A DNA stretch of 64,000 nucleotides from Azolla caroliniana (lineage: Eukaryota > Plantae > Polypodiophyta), in assembly GCA_043228905.1 (NCBI GenBank), contig JBHGNT010000008.1, forward strand, positions 8,680,001-8,744,000, read 5' to 3'. The notes under the pieces are model-generated. The model saw only the letters and a program-made list of their open reading frames with translations. It did no database searches and was not told the origin of the DNA. Each line of letters begins with the position of its first letter. Positions within the stretch are counted from its first letter, which is position 1. Of this stretch, positions 58,131 to 64,000 are shown piece by piece. Position numbers and translations under genes: made by a program.

Positions 58131-61100
58131 AAAGACAGGATTAAACACAAAAAAAAGTAATATAAACACACCTGTTGCTACTCCCCGATTTGCGAGACAT
58201 CCTTGTATGGGACTCCAAGGACTTCGCCTTATTTGATTTTGGGGAAATATGAATTGGCACCAAAGTTCAGACAATAGTCAAAAAGAAAAAACAAATGTTT
58301 GGGGTTTTTGTAACTGAAACATACCTGGACGATGATCGAGCGGGTTCTGTGTTGTAGCTCTCAATCTGCAATGTCGATTTTCTGCTGTTGCGGGAGCTAC
58401 GTCTGCGTTCGTGCTCTAAGTACTCCATCTGCGTTCAAAATCAAAATTAGGCTAAACAGGAAATTGATGACATTGAAGTCGACCTTAGATGATGGTGCTA
58501 TTCCCCAAGTTCCACTACGTCTGAAACAGAAGTTCAAATATTTGAGTTTTTTCATAAATTAGTTTTTCAAATATTTGATTTTCCCACAAAAAAGACTAGC
58601 TAAACAAATAGCTAATTAGCTATGGCCATTTTAGTAGCTAATTAGCTATAATAGTGTTTCCACTCGCATGCTTTTACCCACTTCCTATTGCTATGTCTGA
58701 GGCGTCGACGAACACGTGGAATGGCTTCACCCAAACTGGGGGTTTTATGACGGGGGCATGTGTGAGCATTATCTTAAGTGCCTCATAGGCCTTATCCTCC
58801 ATTGCAATCCATTGGAAAGGAGTCCGGTGTACGGCAACATGTAATGGCCTAGCGAAGTCCGCCAAATATCGCATCATCCGACTGTGCCACCGTATTTGTC
58901 CTAAAAACCGGCTGAGCGATTTAGCGTTTGTCGGAGTTTTGGCTTGTGTAATCACGGAGATCTTGTTCGGATCGACCGATATCCCCTCCTTGCTGACTAT
59001 ATGGCCCAGGAGAGTCCCGCTGGTCACGGCGAAAGCACATTTCGCGGGATTCAAACTTAAGCGTGCGGTGCAGCAACGTTCCAAGTCTATTGTAAGTGCG
59101 TAAAATGGTCTATTGTTCTCCCATATATCGCAAAGTCATCTAAAAAAACTTGCATGAACGCCGGAATGTATTCCCCAAAGATCTTCATAATTGTCCGTTG
59201 AAATGTTGCCGGCGTCGTCTTTAGTCCGAAATGCGTCCGTAATAGTTACGGCGTTTAATTTTCGGTAATCTACACATACCCGTATTTTGCCGTTTTTCTT
59301 TGGAACGACCACTATCGTGCTTAACCATGTCGCTTATTTAACTGGCCGTATGAACCCCGCCTTCAGGAGCTTTTCAATTTCTTCTTTCACGCGAGTCGCG
59401 TAGTTCGGGTTCATGCGGTAGCAGCGCTACTGGACGGGTTTTGCGTCTGTTGCTAAATTGATCTTATGCTGATAGAACTTAGGATCTAACCCCTTCATGT
59501 CCTCATGAGCCCAAGCGAACACATCTTTATATTTCGTGAGTAGTGCGATCATCGTGTTTCTCTAGTCCGGCCTTAATTCCTTTACGATGGAGAGGAAACG
59601 GGGTTCCAACTCCGTACCCACATTTACTTCTTCCAAGGCGGAAGCGGTGACTCGTCGTGAAATCTCCTTTTGCCTTTTGAATTCCGCTCGTGCTCTACTG
59701 AGTTCCACTATGGACTCTAGGTTTGGTTCGTAAGCCTCGTCATGGAGAACAGTGGCCATGGCATATCCTGCCGCGGTTGCGATGACATCGATTTCAAACA
59801 GCAGAATGATTCGTGGGTGCTCATCTAGATATGCCTCTAATTCTGCATCCTCCACCCTAGCCAGCATATTTATTTCTTCTGCGTATAATGGTGTTATACC
59901 CTTAGGTTGTGGCATGCTTCCTTCCGTAGGTACGCGAACCTTGGTGCGTCCGTGTCGGAAACTAATACACTTGTGTTGCCAGCTCTACTTGATATTTGCT
60001 GCCCGAAGCCATGGTCTGCCCAGAAGCACTAGGTACGCCCTTGGGGCGTCCAAGGCGAGGACCACCGCCGAGATGTCGAAGCGATGTCCGCCCACGATAA
60101 TGCCTATTTTGCAAATTAACCCCAATGGTCGTATTGAGCGGGTATCTGCCATTCCGAGCCAGAATGGGCAAACCTCCCATTCTGAAATGCCTAACTGCTC
60201 GCAAGTTTTCATGTTAATTACATTGACGTCTAAGCTACCATCGATTACGCATCCAGGAATTTCCTGTCTGTGTTGAATACTAATGTAATAGTTGGGTTGT
60301 GCTAATCCACTACCGGCGGTTCGTCGCTAACGTCTATAAGGTTTGTAGCAATGCTCACCCCGGGTATGCCTATCACCCGTTCTTCCATGGTCTGGCGGAA
60401 GCGTGGGACTAGCTGCAATAGTTTCTCCATGGTTAACGTTATCTCGTAGCCCGCTAATGCCTGCCAAATGGGGTACGGGACCTGTCCTTCGTCCTCTGCT
60501 CGCTCCCTCGCGTTCGCGGACTCCTTCTGCATGCGCTCTGTATTGGTCGCGTTTGCTTTTTCCACCCATGCCTGGGCTTGTTATCGTATCTCGTCTTGCG
60601 TAGCTCAATTAGCCGTTTTTGTTTGCCGGCGTGTCGTGACTTGCTGCACTTCCGTCGTAATCGTATTGACGGTGGGCCCCTTTCCATTGCGTGTTGGGCA
60701 TTGCGTGGCATAATGTCCTGGCTGTTGACAAATAAAACAATGTATGCTTGATTAACCCTTCTCGGATCCTGGTGGTGTGTGCCGCTCCCCTGGTGCTACT
60801 TGCTCCTCGCGGTCCGGCCTTGTTTGTCAGAACGCACGCAGTGGTTGTTGTTGGTCCCATCGTTGTTCCTGGTGTTGCTGATCTCCCGAGCTTTCGTCGT
60901 AATGCGGGTGATCTCGATATTGTTGCGGCTTACCACGATAACCATTGAAGCCGCCCCATTTGTTTGTCGGCCGATGATTCTCGTAGCGCCAGCCCCCTTT
61001 AGCATAACTCGGATGTCCACGATAATCCTCGTCCTCTGGTTCGTCTTCCTCGGAGTCATTGTGATTTTGGCGATTCCGGTGGTGCCAGTCATCCCGTGGG

Positions 61101-63833
61101 TTGCGATCCACATACCGTGGTCGGTCTTCTTGCCTCCTTTGTTTAGTCCAGCGTGGTGGACACTGGGTGTCCATGCTGCGGACTACGGGAGTGGCCCTGT
61201 TCAACATATTGTATTCGCATTGTTCGACTGTGTGAGCCTTCGAGTGGCAGATTGGGAAGTGGATTCGCATATTGCACTCCACTGCGGAATGCCCCGAGTT
61301 CAAGCAAATCGTGCACTGGATTGTTTGACGAAACTAGCGTTCCTCGTCCTGGGGTAATGCTAGTCGTAAGGAGGACATAGAAAACCTTTCCTACTCCTCG
61401 TCCAACTCGAGCTATAATGCTCGTTCAATAACCATATCCGATGTTTCCCCTTTCACGCTATTGTTGTTGAGCGTTGCCCGGATGGGTCGGCGTAATGCTG
61501 CCAGAAATGTTTCTCGAGCCTCGTCCTCCACGGGGCTCCTTTCTAGTTTCCGCCGTAGATTTTGGAAACGTAACCTGAAATCTGCGATCGTCTCGGTCGG
61601 CAGTTGCTTAATCGTGTAGAACTGTCCGAGGATTTCACATTCTGGAACCCTCCGATGGAAGAACCGCAAGAAAGCGGACTGCAGCTGATCGAAGGTTGTG
61701 ATTGCTGGTAAATCCATCTGTGAATGCCAAAACGCCGCTCGCCCATCCAATATTAACCCGAACTCCGTCATTTTCGACTAGTGCGCTACCGCCTCCGAAA
61801 GGCTCTACACCATGTGGTTCGCATTCCAGACATTAAGGAACATGCGAATATGGGTTGCGGCGTCAGTTTCGCCGTTAAAGCGGGGGTAGGCAAAGGCCAT
61901 GCTAGGGGCTACGGCGGGTCGGGAGAGACCACAAGGTGGCTGTGGTGAGCGTACTCCCCGCATCTCATCGAGGTATTTGGAGAGCGAAGACTCAACTTTG
62001 TAATCACGGCAAGTAGTACTGAGGTCGCTGAGGCGAGGCTTTTGCCGTGCGCGTTCTTCTACCTAGCGTGTGATGGACCTTGTTATTGGACGGTCTTGTC
62101 GTGTTGGTTCTTTGGGGCGTCTGCGGCTAAACATCCATTCGTCGTTGCTCGTTTGTGAGAAGACACAGATTTGGCGTGCCAAAAGTGTCACCGCTTAGGA
62201 ACACGGTCTGCGGTCAGTCCTTCGACCTAGACCTCCAAGTGGTTGTGGAATAACGAATAGGCATCTATGCGTAATGCGTAGGGGAATGTTACCTGTAACC
62301 TATCAGCGTATAAGGGAGACGGCTACAACCGACTCCTTAGCAATGGTTACACTTACGTTCTTACACGCTCAGGTATTCCAGACATACAGTAGATTAGCCG
62401 TAGTTATACACAGACTTTCAGAGAAGATAGAATTCTTATTATGATACGTTCCTTTACATTCCAAAATTACACGCACCTCTATCAGAGGTTTTCTGCCCTT
62501 TATATACGCAGGGTCTATTTAGCCGTTCATGCTTCCTGCGTGAACCGTTACATGCGTTATGATCTTATATTATTTCTTATTCCTATGCTCTTGTCCATCG
62601 GTTACAATTCCAGCGGACAACATTGCTGAAACAACCCTTTACTATGGCACCAATCCTTTTACATCCTAACCCAACTAAGCCTCTCCAAGTCAAAACAGAT
62701 GTTTCCAATTTCGCCATTGGGGCGATCCTCTCCCAACCATATGAGGTCGATGTGCTTCACCCGGTGGCTAACTACTCCCGCAAATTCACGGCCCCAGAAA
62801 TCAACTACCCCATATACGACTAGGAGCTTCTCGCTATTATTGCTGCTTTTGAAGAATGGAGACCCTATTTAGCCGGGGCGCAACACCGCATCCAATTGAT
62901 TACAGATCACAAAAAATCTAATATACTTTTCTACCACACGAACCTTAAATCGTAGACAGACACGATGGTCGACCTTCTTGACAGACTATGATTTTGTGAT
63001 AATCTTTCAACCGGGTGCTCAACACACGACGGCTGATGTCTTATCCCATCGGTCTGAGTTCGAGCTCACTCCGGAGGAGGAAGCCTATGTTTAGCAGTCC
63101 CAGAGTTTGTTAAAGCCTAACCAATTCTACAACTTCGTGACTTGCTTGCTCTAGGATGACTCTTTGCTCAAGCAAATAGCAGAAGCCACTATAACTGACA
63201 AGTTCGCCACAGAGGTCAAGGGAGGTATCACAAATCCCTACCATGAGCCCAAAAGACCTGATTTAGCTCATTTTACAATTCAAGATAATCTTTTGTTTCG
63301 AGATAATATTTTTTATGTCCTAGAAGGTCCTTGTCGGACAACGGTGCTTCACGAGTGTCACGATGATCCACTTGTTGGTCATTTTGGCATTGCGAAAACC
63401 TTGGAGTTGATATCTCGGGGATACTGGTGGCCACAACCGTGGAAATTCATCAAAGAGTTCGTTAAGTCATGCGATGTTTGTGCTCGCTCTAAAGCATCTA
63501 ATCATCGACCATATGGTCTCCTTCGTCCTCTCTAAATCCCCAAACGGCTTTGGGCCTCTCTTTCCATGGATTTGTTTCCAATTTCAGGCAGCACCTTCTG
63601 CAAACCTTTGGTTGTACTGTGAATCTATCTTCCGCTTATCATCCGCAAACCGATGGACAAACAGAGCAAGTTAACCAAATCTTGGAACAATACTTGCGGT
63701 GCTCTCTTAGTTACCAACAAGACAACTAGGTTGACCTTCTCCCACTTGCTGAGTTCGTCTACAACAACTCGTTGCATGCATCTACGGGAGTTACTCCATT
63801 TTTCCCCAACTACAATCTCCACCCCCGCTTTGG

Positions 63834-64000
63834 TGTAAAACCAGGATGGAATGAGCGAGTCGGCAATGTGCAACATGTGCACATGTATAGTAGGAAAATG
63901 GTGTATAGAATAAGGGGGAGGATTTATCCCACATTCTAACGTCCCTCCCTCCTTGGGCTATAAAAGGAAGGGAGGGTCCCTTGTAAAAGGGTTGCCCATT
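63834..64000 (+). repeat. Probable start of another LTR interrupting the J integrase
   Basis: Integrase similarity stops; TG start; GGCTATAAAAGG near 63956. No partner in the window. Confidence 0.4.

Larger units (their letters stand above)
52985..58200 (-). pseudogene. Multi-exon accessory gene: unknown N-terminal domain, RING-like finger, acidic linker, FCP1/NIF-like HAD phosphatase-fold domain
   Basis: Phase-compatible exons 58200-58172, 57557-56876, 56792-56649, 56540-56231, 54746-~54220 and 53961-52985 (last junction unresolved). Motifs CIAC...PCNHTYHLLC and ALILELDKVL...PR...QFLEW...FDLFIWS...W..ENC...YKRLS...NTLILD. Confidence 0.72.
47843..58679 (+). mobile_element. 10.8-kb cut-and-paste DNA transposon, Sola2-like
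   Basis: 25-bp TIRs GGGT(G/A)AAAGCATGCGAGTGGAAACA (47843-47867, 58655-58679); TSD ACTT (47839-47842, 58680-58683). Removing it restores the RNase H frame DASDIAIGSALMQ. GRG termini, 4-bp TSD and the transposase motifs fit Sola2. Confidence 0.9.
42892..62622 (-). mobile_element. Non-chromoviral (Athila/Tat-like) Ty3/gypsy element K, degenerate, split by the DNA transposon
   Basis: LTRs 42892-43330 and 62186-62622; TSD TTGCT at 42887-42891 and 62623-62627; PBS TGGCACGCC 62181-62173; gag ~60300-61900, PR, RT 58684-59560, RH/IN 46177-47842 (PFQKWGLDFVGP, TKWVEA, PQANGLAE). Confidence 0.93.
39899..63833 (+). mobile_element. Degenerate chromoviral gypsy J (LTR 39899-40364, gag-PR-RT to 42891, RH-IN 62628-~63833), split by K
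   Basis: Parallels H throughout; RT-RH reads through the K insertion (AYDLL|KQPFTMAPIL). Confidence 0.9.

Noticed and set aside
47843-58679. Assignment to CACTA, hAT, Mutator or piggyBac
   Set aside because: A 4-bp non-TTAA TSD, GGG termini and DFAENY/SDG/GHGKG..DG motifs do not fit those superfamilies.

Overview
This window is eukaryotic and almost entirely a nest of transposable elements. It is probably from a non-seed land plant (inference from Tcn1-like chromoviruses, tRNA-iMet-primed copia elements and a plant-type EBP2 fragment). No intact host gene is present. It holds seven Ty1/copia copies (one with an intact ORF), two chromoviral Ty3/gypsy elements (one apparently intact), an Athila/Tat-like gypsy element, fragments of a further gypsy lineage, and a 10.8-kb DNA transposon (47843-58679; 25-bp GGG..CCC TIRs, 4-bp ACTT TSD) with a Sola2-type DDD transposase. 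Main observations: (1) the Sola2-like element carries a convergent, multi-exon accessory gene encoding a RING-like finger plus an FCP1-like (pseudo)phosphatase, and its introns are filled with palindromic TAGCTAATTAGCTA and telobox arrays; (2) two unrelated LTR families have a tRNA-Arg 3'-end mimic where the polypurine tract should be; (3) three gypsy LTR families carry an antisense tRNA-like A/B-box module near the U3 start; (4) there are two conserved, covarying -1 frameshift signals and Tf1-like self-priming sites. All calls were made by eye from motifs, with no database searches.
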